From Patescibacteria group bacterium (lineage in GTDB: Bacteria; Patescibacteriota; Microgenomatia; UBA1400; PJMF01): a stretch of DNA of 45,174 bases. The first letter of the stretch is position 1; each line of letters begins with the position of its first letter. Positions 26,771-37,097 of the stretch are shown piece by piece. The notes beneath the pieces are model-generated. The model was not told where the DNA came from and made no database searches. It saw nothing but the letters and a program-made list of their open reading frames with translations. The position numbers and the translations under genes are program-made. Where the stretch lies: positions 1 to 45,174 of the forward strand of contig DASVCZ010000010.1 of NCBI GenBank assembly GCA_036381335.1, given 5' to 3'.

Positions 26771-27940
26771 TCATTCCTGACTATTTTGCAGAATGTTAGT
26801 CTCAAACGAAGTAATCAGTTTTTCTTTTTGAGCAAAGCGTTGTTCGGCAATTTCTACCAGTCTGTCAATCAACTCGGGATAAGAGACACCACTGGCTTCC
26901 CAGAGATAAAAACTCATACTGCCGGGAATAGTATTCAACTCGGTCACAAAAATTTCTTCAGTCGAAGGGTTGACAAAGAAGTCGATGCGGACCACGCCAC
27001 TACAATCAAAAATATGGAAAATATCTTGGGCTAATTTTTGCAATTTCTCAGTTAACGCTGAACTAATAGGTGCCGGAATCCGTCGGGTGGCACTGGCCAT
27101 GCCGCTTTTCTTGCCCCCACCACGCTCATACTTGTCAGCAAAGCTTAAAAACTCATCTTGCTTAATCGGCTGTTCGGGAACGCTGGCTTTGGTGTCACCT
27201 TCCAAGCCCAACACAGACACGTTGACCTCAATACAGTCCTTAACTTCGGCTTCGACAATGACCCGATGATCATAATGAAGCACTGCTTCGATGGCTGCTT
27301 CCAGCTCCTGGTTGGTTTGAGCTCGTTGAATGCCAATGGTAGATCCGCCGTTGGCAGGTTTGACAAATACGGGCAAGCCTAACGGTGCCAGTTTATTCAA
27401 AATAGCTGACTTGTCGCTTTGCCACTCAGCCAACGTAAACCAAGTATAAGGAGTTTGACCAATGCCTTCAGCTTCTAGAATTTGCCGAGTTACGATTTTA
27501 TCAAAGGCGATGGCCGAAGAGGTGAGCCCTGGTCCTTGGTAGGGAACTTTGGCGAGTTCTAACAAGCCTTGGACATTGCCCGCTTCCCCGTACGCTCCGT
27601 GGAAGCACAAGAGCGCGGCATCGATTTTCCCGCTGTTGACTTCTGCTTCAGAAATTGAGTCAGGTAGCACAGAAGTTCCAGCCGTTAATGTGGTAATATT
27701 ATTTTTCTTGAGCGAAAAAGGTGTAAAACCCGTTGGTTGAAAGAGATTTTGATTTTTATATGACTCAACAGAAGTCAATTCTTCACCACTCCACCAGCCA
27801 CCCGCTTTATCAATGTAGACAGGCACCACGTTGTACTTGTCTTTATCCACGTGTTTCATCAGTTGAATGCCGGTAATGACAGACACTTCATGCTCTGGGC
27901 TAATTCCCCCAAAAAAGACGGCTAGATTTTTTTTAGACAT
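26771..27940 (-). CDS. ddl: D-alanine--D-alanine ligase
   Basis: LAVFFGGISPEHEVSVITG and the ATP-grasp core with ...VTELNTIPG are present. I chose ATG 27940, which overlaps the murF stop (ATGTCTAA). Confidence 0.88.
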   Translation of the reverse strand: MSKKNLAVFFGGISPEHEVSVITGIQLMKHVDKDKYNVVPVYIDKAGGWWSGEELTSVESYKNQNLFQPTGFTPFSLKKNNITTLTAGTSVLPDSISEAEVNSGKIDAALLCFHGAYGEAGNVQGLLELAKVPYQGPGLTSSAIAFDKIVTRQILEAEGIGQTPYTWFTLAEWQSDKSAILNKLAPLGLPVFVKPANGGSTIGIQRAQTNQELEAAIEAVLHYDHRVIVEAEVKDCIEVNVSVLGLEGDTKASVPEQPIKQDEFLSFADKYERGGGKKSGMASATRRIPAPISSALTEKLQKLAQDIFHIFDCSGVVRIDFFVNPSTEEIFVTELNTIPGSMSFYLWEASGVSYPELIDRLVEIAEQRFAQKEKLITSFETNILQNSQE

Positions 27941-29252
27941 AGACCTCCCGATATCCGCCTTCAAATAAGACGATGCTATTCGGTATTATATACTGTTGAA
28001 GTTTTTCGTAGGCCTCAGTTTGGGTTTTACCAATCACAATATGGTTTTTATTGCCGCCGGCTTTGGTAAAACCCTCAATAATAGCCGACGTCCAAGGAGC
28101 TTCAATCAGCCCCACGTAATCCACCTGATCCGCCAGCTGGCGACCAAACTCATAATGGATTTTTTCGGCCTCATCACCCAACTCGGTGAAGCCCAGCGTG
28201 ACTATTAGCCGACGAGCGGGATCCAAGTGATTGAGCAATTTAAGTGAATCGGTAACCGAATCAGCATTAGTATTGTAACTGTTGTCCAGGATGAGAACGT
28301 TGCGGGCCAAAAACATCGGTTCATGGCGTCGAGAAATATAAGGAATACTGCGGAGTTTTTTAATAATTTCAACTTGGGAGATCTTGAGCTTATGCGCCAA
28401 CCAGAGTGCAGGCAGCGTATTAACCGCTTGGTGTTCACCAAATAACGGGCTAAAAACTTGCAAGGTAGCATTCTGAGAATGATCTAAACATTCAAACTCA
28501 GTGCCGGCTCGGCTCACCTTAACATTGATAGCTCGGAAGACAGATTGAGGGGCGGTGCCATAGTAATTGAGCTTTTGGGAAAAGTACTGCGCATTCTCGA
28601 CGGCTACTAACAAGGCATCCGGCTTTTTGTCAAAGTAGTTGAGAAAATGACTAAAAGTGGCCAACACATTCTTAAAAGAACCCAACAGCTCCAAGTGTTG
28701 GCGACCGATGGGGGTCAAAATACCATAGTGAGGTTTGACAAACTTGGTCAACTGCGGAATGTCATGCAGATGATACTCACCAAACTCAACCAGGAATAAC
28801 TTGTGCTCGGGTTTTAAATCAGACAAAATAATCTGGGAAATACCTAAGAGCGTATTGATACTTTTGGGGGTCATTAAGGTTGGTGTCAGTGATGAGTAGG
28901 TGGACTCAATAATAGTTTTGGTGGAAGTCTTTCCATAACTGCCAGCAATGGCCACAACTTTTAAGCCTCGTAGTTTATAGTAACCTAGCTTGATACTAGC
29001 CATGGTATAGATAACGTGGCGGACTATCCACTCAAAAGGAAAGAGTAAATCCAAAGCTAAGGCTATGCGGGTGAGCAATGGCAAAAAGAAAAAAACTTGA
29101 GTTACCAATTTGACAAAGGACAATTTATGGGTCCACTTCTCTGGTTCGATCGCTGGGGTGCTCGCTGAGGTTCGAGTTTTTAGCCACCGTTTTAAACGAG
29201 GCAAGTCATACTCACTTTGTTGCAGAATAGCTAAGACAGTGTCGATATTCAT
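27933..29252 (-). CDS. murF: Mur ligase family protein (MurF-like) with an atypical hydrophobic N-terminal region
   Basis: The P-loop is VAIAGSYGKTSTKT. The gene is adjacent to and overlaps ddl. The N-terminal 100 aa or so are unlike the canonical MurF N-domain. Confidence 0.7.
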   Translation of the reverse strand: MNIDTVLAILQQSEYDLPRLKRWLKTRTSASTPAIEPEKWTHKLSFVKLVTQVFFFLPLLTRIALALDLLFPFEWIVRHVIYTMASIKLGYYKLRGLKVVAIAGSYGKTSTKTIIESTYSSLTPTLMTPKSINTLLGISQIILSDLKPEHKLFLVEFGEYHLHDIPQLTKFVKPHYGILTPIGRQHLELLGSFKNVLATFSHFLNYFDKKPDALLVAVENAQYFSQKLNYYGTAPQSVFRAINVKVSRAGTEFECLDHSQNATLQVFSPLFGEHQAVNTLPALWLAHKLKISQVEIIKKLRSIPYISRRHEPMFLARNVLILDNSYNTNADSVTDSLKLLNHLDPARRLIVTLGFTELGDEAEKIHYEFGRQLADQVDYVGLIEAPWTSAIIEGFTKAGGNKNHIVIGKTQTEAYEKLQQYIIPNSIVLFEGGYREVYV

Positions 29253-30010
29253 AAAAATGTAGTAAGTAAGTTAATACTTTTTTCGGTCTCGTCTAGAAAA
29301 GGGTAATGACCGGAATGAGTCATTATTTCTAGGTTAGCTCCCGGAATGGCTGCTGCAAATTCTCGACCCTTGGTTAAGGGCGTAGCCTGATCATTGGCTC
29401 CCCATATCACCAGCGTCGGGACTTTAATTTTTTTTAGAGTTTGAGATATATTCTCACGCACTATTCTCTTTAACACTGCCTGCTGATACTCATTGGCTTG
29501 TTGATAATCTACAGCCACCCCAGTTTTTTGTAAAAGACTAGTTTTCATTTTTTTACTCATTTGTCTTTTGATAAATGCGGGTAAGAGTTGACTGAGGGTG
29601 TGAACTACTTGCTCTTTAGGCGTCAGATCCACTGGCAGGCCGGAAGCATCAATGATGACCATCTTACTTAAGCCCGAGTGCTTTTTTTCTTCCTCCGCTG
29701 CAAGCAGAGCGGCCACTTTACCACCAAACGAATGACCCACCAGCGAAAATTTTTCCTGGCCGACAGCGGCAGCTATAAATTCTCGTAACCATTCTACGTA
29801 GCCATGTGAATCCCAGACTTCTGTAGGTGTGTCGCTGTGGCCAAAAGCTGGTAAATCAGGAATAACTAGTTGGAACTTTTTGGACAGCTCAGGGATTAGA
29901 GGAGCCCAGATTTGCCAGTCGCATCCCCAGCCGTGCAATAACACAATCACTTGCTGTGAGCTGCCAATCTGCTGATAGTGAGTTTTCACTCCCTTGGCTG
30001 TAATAACCAT
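29249..30010 (-). CDS. Alpha/beta-fold hydrolase
   Basis: The nucleophile elbow GHSFGG and the HGWG oxyanion region are present, and the C-terminal ...HSGHYPF supplies a catalytic His. Confidence 0.8.
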   Translation of the reverse strand: MVITAKGVKTHYQQIGSSQQVIVLLHGWGCDWQIWAPLIPELSKKFQLVIPDLPAFGHSDTPTEVWDSHGYVEWLREFIAAAVGQEKFSLVGHSFGGKVAALLAAEEEKKHSGLSKMVIIDASGLPVDLTPKEQVVHTLSQLLPAFIKRQMSKKMKTSLLQKTGVAVDYQQANEYQQAVLKRIVRENISQTLKKIKVPTLVIWGANDQATPLTKGREFAAAIPGANLEIMTHSGHYPFLDETEKSINLLTTFL

Positions 30011-31413
30011 TACTTCCTTTTGACTTCGTAGCTTTCTAGATATCGTAAGAAAACGGCAGGAGCGTCATCCAGGAAAAATTGCTGGAACTCCTGATAGGTA
30101 GCCAATCGTTCGTTGGTATCCATTTCTTGACGACCTCTTTCGAGCAAAGCATCGATCCGGGTATTCTTGTAGTGGGTAAAGTTGGTCGACTGGTCAGAGT
30201 GCCAGAGGCTGTACTGATCAGGGTCGGGGGGGATTTCTTGACCAATGAGCAAGGCATCATAGTCTTGGGTATCCGGGAAGTTTGAGACCCGAAGCGTGAT
30301 GGCGATCCGCACGTTTTCACATTGGTTTTTATCTTCAATATCATCGTTTTCTTGGCAAGCTTGGTACGCTTGCTGGCCAAACGTCTCCCATTGACGCTTA
30401 ATGTTCTCGGCTTCTTCTTGAAAAGTGGCGGTGGTAGTCAACTGGAATGTCAGGGGTTGTGGAGGTAGCTCGGCCAGTATTCTTTCTTTTGCCCTTTCTA
30501 GGTCGTAGTCATATGACTTGCCACCTTCCAGGTAGGCCCAGGACGTAGGGTTAATTGGCCCTAAGGCTCGGATACTGGGATCAGGCTTTTGTAAGGCGTA
30601 CGATAAAGCTTGGCGAATATTCTTGTTGAAAATGGGTTTGGCGTTATTAAAAAAGACAGCCAAGTAGCGGTCTGTCCTGATGGTAGTGGTGACAGTGGTG
30701 GTATTCCAATTAGCAATATCATGGAGTTTGCTCAGATCTGAGAGGACGTCAATTCGGCCGTGTTTAAACGCCGTCACTGCTTCTTCTTCAGTCAAGTAAA
30801 ATCGATAGACTAGTCTATCTTTTGGTCCATCTAAGACAATTTGCTCTAGGCGACCATCTTTTTCCGAGTAATCAATAACTCGGTAGGAGCCTACCCCCAA
30901 AGGCATGCGGCGAGTAAAGAAAAATAAATATTTTTGATCTGTCCATTTAATAATTGGTTCGGAAACGGTTCCTGGGAAAGGAACATAGGCATCAGGTAGC
31001 TTAAAGACTAAGTCGTTGGGAGTAGCAATCACCTCTACATCTCTCAAATGATACTCAATGTCACTGGGTTGAACTTGAGAGCCATCGTGCCAAAGTAAAT
31101 TTTGCTTAATCACAAACCGATAAGACTTACCATCATCTTCCACAATCCAGCGTTCGGCCACGGCCGGGGAGGTGGAACCATCTTCTTCAATGCTGGTCAG
31201 ACCATAACTGATGAGTTGTTTGACAGGTCGAGGTAAATTGGTCAACGAATATTGGCCAACCACCCCGATATAAACTCGGGGTTTTTGTTCAATGAAAGTG
31301 ACGATAGTCGGGATAAAGACCGAAAAAACAATAATGGCGGCCACAATCGATAACAAGACCACTAAGCCGTGTTTACGAGTATAAGACGTGAGGTACCAGT
31401 AATACTTACGCAT
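30010..31413 (-). CDS. Family-5 (peptide/nickel-type) ABC substrate-binding protein, membrane-anchored
   Basis: There is an N-terminal TM. VAERWIVEDDGKSYRFVIKQNLLWHDGSQVQPSDIEY matches the SBP_bac_5 signature region. No cognate permease or ATPase lies in the window. Confidence 0.65.
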   Translation of the reverse strand: MRKYYWYLTSYTRKHGLVVLLSIVAAIIVFSVFIPTIVTFIEQKPRVYIGVVGQYSLTNLPRPVKQLISYGLTSIEEDGSTSPAVAERWIVEDDGKSYRFVIKQNLLWHDGSQVQPSDIEYHLRDVEVIATPNDLVFKLPDAYVPFPGTVSEPIIKWTDQKYLFFFTRRMPLGVGSYRVIDYSEKDGRLEQIVLDGPKDRLVYRFYLTEEEAVTAFKHGRIDVLSDLSKLHDIANWNTTTVTTTIRTDRYLAVFFNNAKPIFNKNIRQALSYALQKPDPSIRALGPINPTSWAYLEGGKSYDYDLERAKERILAELPPQPLTFQLTTTATFQEEAENIKRQWETFGQQAYQACQENDDIEDKNQCENVRIAITLRVSNFPDTQDYDALLIGQEIPPDPDQYSLWHSDQSTNFTHYKNTRIDALLERGRQEMDTNERLATYQEFQQFFLDDAPAVFLRYLESYEVKRK

Positions 31414-31478
31414 GCTACCATTCTACCTGATCTTGTGGAAAGATAACAGAAAATAAATACTGCAGTTTCTCTTTGCTG

Positions 31479-31700
31479 TTAGAAAATAAATACTGCCAAC
31501 GAAGTAATGATAAACAACGCCAGCGCTCCAATAGTGGCATAAAAGAGGACTTTTTCCAGGCCGCGACGAGTATGGTATGTTTCTCCGCCGCCACCCCAGG
31601 TAGAGCCTAAGCCCGAACCTTGAGCTTGGAGCAAAATAGCGGTGGTAATAAAAACAGACAAAATGATTTGAGCCACGATTAAAATGTTGTTCATATGCAA
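31479..31700 (-). CDS. secG: Preprotein translocase subunit SecG
   Basis: The 73-aa protein has two TM segments and the conserved LLQAQGSGLGSTWGGG loop. Confidence 0.8.
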   Translation of the reverse strand: MHMNNILIVAQIILSVFITTAILLQAQGSGLGSTWGGGGETYHTRRGLEKVLFYATIGALALFIITSLAVFIF

Positions 31701-31742
31701 TTTCCCAGTTACTTAATTACTCTGTTACTCACTTACTGTTAC

Positions 31743-33317
31743 TTACGAAGCCACTTGTTGCCCTCTGGTTTCGCGACTGACAGTCACAGTAACCGTGCCC
31801 GGATACGTCAGCTTCTCTTTAATTTCATCTCGAATTTTGGTAGATAAGACTGTGACATCTGCGTCTTTTGTTCTTTCGGGATCAAGGAGAACCCTGATTT
31901 CTCGGCCAGCTTGGATGGCGTAAGCGTGATCAACGCCGTCATACTTGGTGGCAATTTCTTCCAAAGCTTGCAGACGCTTAACGTACTCTTCATAGTTCTC
32001 GTAGCGAGCGCCAGGGCGGGCACCAGAAATAGCGTCAGCAATATAGACCACCATTTGTTCAGGGCCGCTAAAGGGTTCGTCCTCGTGGTGCTGAGCGATA
32101 CAGTCTACGACGGCTTGGGGCATGCCGTACTTTTTGGCAATCTTGACACCTAGTTCCACGTGACTACCTTCAGCCTCATCCGAGACTTTACCGATATCGT
32201 GGAGTAAACACCCGAGCTTGACGACGTTGGCATCGGCTTTGAGTTCATGGGCCAGTTTAATTCCGATCTTAGTTTCTTCCAGCGTGTGGGCAATTAAATT
32301 TTGGCCGTATGAAGTTCGGTATTTGAACTTACCCAGCATTTTCATTAAGTCATTAGGTAAGTTGTAGACGCCGACTTCATGACAGAGTTTTTTACCGGCT
32401 TCAAAGGTAACTTTGTCAATTTCACTCCGGACCTTATTGACCACTTCTTCAATCCGAGTTGGTTGAATCCGGCCGTCTTTAACCAGCCGTTCCAAGGAAA
32501 TCCGAGCAATCTCGCGCCGGACGGGATCGAAACATGATAAGCGGACTTCGGTGGGGGAGGTGTCGAGATCGACATCGACGCCGGTATATTTTTCAAAAGT
32601 GTGGATATTACGACCACTTTTACCGATAATCTTGCCTTTAACTTCTTCGGAAGGCAAGGTGACAGTCGAGATAGTGTACTCAGCCACGTAGTCGGTAGCG
32701 CCGTGCTTCATAGCGTCCACCAAAATTTCTTGCACTTTTTCGTCGGCGACTTCGCGGGCTTCTTCTTCTTTTTGGCGAATAAATTGAGCCATCTCTTGAC
32801 TCATCTTTTTTTCTACGCCTTCGAGTAGCAGTCGGCGCGCTTCGTCTTTGGTTAAGCCTGAGACTTTTTCGAGTTGCTTGAGCGCTTTTTGACGACTCTC
32901 TTCTATTTGATCTTTGACTTTATCTAAATCTTGACGCTGACGTTCTAGTTGTTCTTCTTTAGCAGCGATCTGGTCTAACCGGGAGTCAATCCGATCTAAC
33001 TTCCGGTTGAGTTCCCGTTGCTGATCTTCCAGTTGTTTGGCTAGTTCGCGTTGCTCTTGTTCGGCTTTGGTCCGCAAGGCTAGGGCTTCGTCTTTGGCTT
33101 CGACGATAATTTCGCGAGCTTTAGCTTGAGCTTCACGCACCAGCGCCTGTTGGTCCACCTGGTGGGTAGATGGAGGGGTAGCTTTAGCGGGTTTGAGTGG
33201 TTGAGGTTGGGGTGTCCGAACCGGAGGGCCGACTTTTTTAGGAGGCAGTGGCTTCCCGGGACCTTGGCCTTTTTTAGGTGTATTGAATAGCTGAGTTAAG
33301 TTGTTAAATAATGACAT
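31743..33317 (-). CDS. rny: Ribonuclease Y (KH + HD domains) with a Pro/Lys-rich N-terminus replacing the usual TM helix
   Basis: There is a coiled-coil region, a KH motif GKIIGKSGRNI and an HD motif LLHDIGK. The N-terminal MSLFNNLTQLFNTPKKGQGPGKPLPPKKVGPP... is not hydrophobic. Confidence 0.88.
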   Translation of the reverse strand: MSLFNNLTQLFNTPKKGQGPGKPLPPKKVGPPVRTPQPQPLKPAKATPPSTHQVDQQALVREAQAKAREIIVEAKDEALALRTKAEQEQRELAKQLEDQQRELNRKLDRIDSRLDQIAAKEEQLERQRQDLDKVKDQIEESRQKALKQLEKVSGLTKDEARRLLLEGVEKKMSQEMAQFIRQKEEEAREVADEKVQEILVDAMKHGATDYVAEYTISTVTLPSEEVKGKIIGKSGRNIHTFEKYTGVDVDLDTSPTEVRLSCFDPVRREIARISLERLVKDGRIQPTRIEEVVNKVRSEIDKVTFEAGKKLCHEVGVYNLPNDLMKMLGKFKYRTSYGQNLIAHTLEETKIGIKLAHELKADANVVKLGCLLHDIGKVSDEAEGSHVELGVKIAKKYGMPQAVVDCIAQHHEDEPFSGPEQMVVYIADAISGARPGARYENYEEYVKRLQALEEIATKYDGVDHAYAIQAGREIRVLLDPERTKDADVTVLSTKIRDEIKEKLTYPGTVTVTVSRETRGQQVAS

Positions 33318-33639
33318 AGGCTCCTTAATGGCTAAGGACCTGAGTTGGAGAAATGTAGCAAGAGAAAGAGAGAGTAAAAACCGTTACCAAGACAACGTCA
33401 GAAATCTGTAAAGATGGGATAGATTTGTACTCATGTAAGTAGTAAAGATAGGTGTAATTAATATTTTCTCTAACTTATCATTTCTTGAGACCAACTAGGT
33501 CAAAAGTACTATTATTGTACTGCTTAAGTCAACGATAGTCAATGTAAGAATGCCTGGGAAGGGGGAAAATAAAAGGCGGAAATATCAACTAAAAGCCTTG
33601 TAAAAACTCCTCTGAACTAAGTTTGTTAGAATACTTATT

Positions 33640-34266
33640 ATGAACATTTCACCTTTACTAAAGGAAGCTGAGCGACTTTTGAAGGCTAATCCTCGAGACG
33701 AGATTCATGATCTTTCCCATCATCAAAGGGTGTGGAAGAATGCGCTACTGATTGTTGGATCCCTAAGCGAACCGATTGATAAAAATGTTCTCCAGGTTGC
33801 CACTATGTGGCATGATGTCATGATTTCCCCCGTGAGTTTGTCCCTCGGTTCCGAAGGACTATTGAATGAAACTATCAGTTATTTACGGCACTACATGGTT
33901 GAAAATGACTATGATCAAAAGTTTCAAAAAGCTGTTATTAGTGCAATCGAACACCACAATTTTTTGACTAAATTTCAAATGAGCCTGGAAGGAAAAGTAC
34001 TATTCGACGCGGATAAATTGGATGCACTTAACCCCGTAAGGTACCGAAAAATCATTGAAGCTTTAAAAAATAAACAAATCCCTAAAGTCCAGATTTTCCT
34101 GTTAACTCAAGCAGCTAAACTTTGGTTGAAAACAATGAGAAACCGTTATCATTTTAAGAAAAGCAAAGAACTACACGATCAACTTATTGCAGACTTGCTC
34201 AACGATCAGGATGCTATCCAAACGGCAAAAGAGGTTGGTGTCGATATTGTTAAGTTAGTTAAGTAA
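33640..34266 (+). CDS. HD-domain phosphohydrolase-like protein
   Basis: H..(HDLSHHQRV)...WHDV...D follows the HD superfamily pattern. The protein is 208 aa. Confidence 0.6.
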   Translation: MNISPLLKEAERLLKANPRDEIHDLSHHQRVWKNALLIVGSLSEPIDKNVLQVATMWHDVMISPVSLSLGSEGLLNETISYLRHYMVENDYDQKFQKAVISAIEHHNFLTKFQMSLEGKVLFDADKLDALNPVRYRKIIEALKNKQIPKVQIFLLTQAAKLWLKTMRNRYHFKKSKELHDQLIADLLNDQDAIQTAKEVGVDIVKLVK

Positions 34267-34275
34267 ACTTTTTGC

Positions 34276-35337
34276 TTAGTGCGCCTGATTATTAGTTTGT
34301 TTCGCTGGTCGAATTTTTTCCCAGATCTCTTTTTCGATCTTCTTCATTAAGCTTTCATTCTCTTGGAGAAGCGTTTTGGTGGCTTCGCGACCTTGAGCTA
34401 AAACCTCGCCGCCGTATTTATAGAAGCTACCGCTTTTCTCGATAACGCCCTCTTTGGCGCCAATGTCGACCACGTCACCTGCTCTCGAGATACCATTATC
34501 ATCCATATCGAATTCAGCTTCTTGGAAAGGAGGTGCGACTTTATTTTTCTTGACCTTGACGCGGTGGCGACTACCGACGACTTTCTCACCCTCTTGGATG
34601 TTTCCAATCTTACGGATGTCGAGTCGCTGAGAAGCGTAGAATTTAAGCGCGTTACCACCAGTTGTGGTTTCGGGACTGCCAAACATGACGCCGATCTTCA
34701 TCCGGATTTGGTTAGTGAAGATAACCAGGGTGTTAGTTTTATTAATCGCCGCTGTTAACTTGCGCATGGCCTGGGACATTAAGCGGGCTTGGACGCCCAT
34801 CTGGGAGTCGCCCATGTCACCTTCAATTTCACTTTTGGGAACTAAGGCGGCCACTGAGTCGATGACGACGATGTCGACGCCACCGGAACGAATCAGAGTT
34901 TCGGCAATTTCCAGGGCCTGCTCACCGTAGTCGGGTTGTGAGATGAGTAAGTTTTCTAAATTAACGCCAATTTTTTCGGCGCGGACGGGGTCCAGCGCGT
35001 GTTCCACGTCGATAAAGGCGGCTACGCCGCCCTCCTTCTGGACATTCGCAATCGCGTGCAAACAAATAGTGGTTTTTCCAGAAGCTTCAGGACCGTAAAT
35101 TTCCACTACCCGCCCTTTAGGAAAACCGCCCACTCCCAAAGCTAAGTTAAGCGATAATGAGCCTGTGGACACTACCGGCATGGTAGCCATGTGCCGCAGG
35201 CTTTCGCCCATCTTCATGATGGATCCTTTGCCAAATTGTTTCTCAATTTGCTCCATAGCGATGTTGACGGCTTGAGAACGACCGGAGTCGGTGGTTTGCT
35301 GGGTAGGGGCATCTACTGTTTTAGAACTTTTTGCCAT
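34276..35337 (-). CDS. recA: Recombinase A
   Basis: Walker [19 protein letters not shown] and [30 protein letters not shown] are the canonical RecA core. Confidence 0.97.
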   Translation of the reverse strand: MAKSSKTVDAPTQQTTDSGRSQAVNIAMEQIEKQFGKGSIMKMGESLRHMATMPVVSTGSLSLNLALGVGGFPKGRVVEIYGPEASGKTTICLHAIANVQKEGGVAAFIDVEHALDPVRAEKIGVNLENLLISQPDYGEQALEIAETLIRSGGVDIVVIDSVAALVPKSEIEGDMGDSQMGVQARLMSQAMRKLTAAINKTNTLVIFTNQIRMKIGVMFGSPETTTGGNALKFYASQRLDIRKIGNIQEGEKVVGSRHRVKVKKNKVAPPFQEAEFDMDDNGISRAGDVVDIGAKEGVIEKSGSFYKYGGEVLAQGREATKTLLQENESLMKKIEKEIWEKIRPAKQTNNQAH

Positions 35338-35460
35338 AAGGCCTTTCTATGTAATGAGCAGAATGAATGGTACTATTTGGGTTTTCTTAGTTCATAGTAC
35401 TTGATTACCTAAGAGATATCAAGTGAACAGAATGAACTAAAGCTCATTACTTATTCCTCG

Positions 35461-35496
35461 AGTGTAACAGCCAATGGTGGCAAGAAGGTGGCAAAA
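35461..35496 (-). promoter_or_regulatory. Conserved 20-mer plus -10-like TACACT (copy 4 of 5), upstream of recA
   Basis: The minus strand reads TTTTGCCACCTTCTTGCCAC (35496-35477), then a 10-nt gap, then TACACT (35466-35461). The recA ATG is about 120 nt downstream. Confidence 0.6.
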
Positions 35497-35541
35497 CGGG
35501 AGCAGTTTTTTGCTAGCTATCTCCTTGGTTTCGTGAAGATA

Positions 35542-35778
35542 TTAACTTGACCCAATTTCTAAGCCTTTAATAGTAGTCAATTGTTGATAGATTTGTTGAA
35601 GTTGCTCGTTACTTGCACTATCGATCATAACCACAAACTTATGAATAGTCCCAGTTGTTAATTCAATATCAAGACAACTTAAGGGTAAATCAGCTAAAGC
35701 TTCGTGAATAGCTCTGATGACTTGCCATTCTGAATCATATTCGCCACCATAGTATTCAACGGGAATTTCGACTGACAT
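35542..35778 (-). CDS. Hypothetical small acidic protein (island-borne)
   Basis: 78-aa ORF at the left edge of the island. I recognised no motif. Confidence 0.4.
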   Translation of the reverse strand: MSVEIPVEYYGGEYDSEWQVIRAIHEALADLPLSCLDIELTTGTIHKFVVMIDSASNEQLQQIYQQLTTIKGLEIGSS

Positions 35779-36021
35779 AGATAACCCTTTCGATTGGTTG
35801 TTACTACGAAGATAGTATCTCGTTGGGAGTGAAATTTCAAATTGTGAAGAAACTTTGTCGAGATACCGAAACTTATCTCGAACTGAGTATACAACGCTTA
35901 TAGACTATCTTGAACCAGTTGATTCTTACTTAAACCAAATAGAGCTTTTCTTAAAAGGACAGTTAGATTTTCCTCAAAAAGACTATGGATTTTTAGTATT
36001 ATGATATGGTAATGTGTAGTT

Positions 36022-36174
36022 ATGTTTCAAAGAAAAGACAATTTTAGCGATTTGATGACTGACTTAACGGACGACTCTGATTCTTATGATTCTGATTCGG
36101 ACTCAGATTATCAGGCTGATGAGGAAGTAGATACTTCTGATGGTGACTCTGTAACTTTAGATTTAAACGATTAG
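36022..36174 (+). CDS. Possible 50-aa, extremely acidic Asp/Ser-rich peptide (not in the ORF track because it is under 60 aa)
   Basis: The ORF runs from ATG 36022 to TAG 36172-36174 and translates to MFQRKDNFSDLMTDLTDDSDSYDSDSDSDYQADEEVDTSDGDSVTLDLND. It is convergent with the nuclease gene, and an AT-rich -10-like TATTAT lies upstream. The RBS is weak. Confidence 0.3.
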   Translation: MFQRKDNFSDLMTDLTDDSDSYDSDSDSDYQADEEVDTSDGDSVTLDLND

Positions 36175-36198
36175 CCTAATATCTCTCGAACTAATATT

Positions 36199-37095
36199 TT
36201 AATCAGTGACTTCGACTCGGGCTAGAGTAGTATCGTCTCTTTTTGTTAGTGAAAAAGTTACTTTTTTATCTTGATATGCAAACGTTGTTTCTGCATGTTT
36301 TGCAATTACGTTTCTGTTATCTGCTGCGTCAGAAAGATATGTAGTATCAAAAACAGCTTCTTCCTGAATCCAGAAACAATGAACTATTGCTTCTATCTTG
36401 TCTATTCGAGCATACTCATTCCCAATCTTAGCGAAAAAACAATCATGAGGATTTGTAAAATTTAGATTAAGTCCCTTTACTACTTTTTCACCTTCTTCCA
36501 CTGAGTCATATACACTCTGAGGAATGTGTTTAGGCAAAAGTTGACCTACAGTTCCCCATAGACTATGGTCATTTTTATAAAGTTTTACTTCATTTATGTT
36601 TTTTTCCTTGGTTTCCTCACGAAACTGTTCTAGTAGATTTTCATGTTGGACATTAAGTAAAACCAAAACTTTTTCAGCTTCAACATTTAAATGTTGAATA
36701 ACCATTACTTTACTCAAAATTACTTGCTCTAAATCATCTGGCAAATGAAGTAAGTTTAATGTTTTTATACCATGCTTTTCAGCCTTTTTAATTGCCCCCT
36801 CACTGAATCCTGTTGAAGAAACAGCAATCACTTTATCAACCACAAGGCTAGCCCTTTTTTGTATTAACTGCTCTATCCAAGTTACATCTTCGTTACCTTC
36901 CCTATCTCTGCACTCTATTGCTATCACGAAGGGATGTGGCTGATTTAAATACCTCACCACAACATCAACCTCACGGTTTTCACCAGTGTCTACATCTTTA
37001 AGGAAACCAGGTGACTCTACCTTTACATCGTCAGTGTTGATAGCACTTTCAATTCTTTTAATTAGTTTTTCAAGATTTCTTCCTTTTCTCGGCAT
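36199..37095 (-). CDS. Mrr-like / PD-(D/E)xK restriction-endonuclease-fold protein with an unknown C-terminal domain
   Basis: The N-terminal 110 aa or so read GRNLEKLIKRIE...REVDVVVRY...FVIAIECRDRE...DKVIAVSSTGFSEGAIKKAEKHGI. This follows the Mrr_cat-type D...(E/Q)xK(R) layout. The start codon lies 2 nt after the HEPN gene stop. Confidence 0.6.
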   Translation of the reverse strand: MPRKGRNLEKLIKRIESAINTDDVKVESPGFLKDVDTGENREVDVVVRYLNQPHPFVIAIECRDREGNEDVTWIEQLIQKRASLVVDKVIAVSSTGFSEGAIKKAEKHGIKTLNLLHLPDDLEQVILSKVMVIQHLNVEAEKVLVLLNVQHENLLEQFREETKEKNINEVKLYKNDHSLWGTVGQLLPKHIPQSVYDSVEEGEKVVKGLNLNFTNPHDCFFAKIGNEYARIDKIEAIVHCFWIQEEAVFDTTYLSDAADNRNVIAKHAETTFAYQDKKVTFSLTKRDDTTLARVEVTD

Positions 37096-37097
37096 AT

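Noticed and set aside
35500-36200. I looked for a direct-repeat copy of the tRNA-Pro 3' half (an attL duplicate) at the left end of the island.
   Set aside because: None was visible by eye. This is expected for serine recombinases, which have short crossover cores, so it gives no evidence either way. The left boundary remains approximate.
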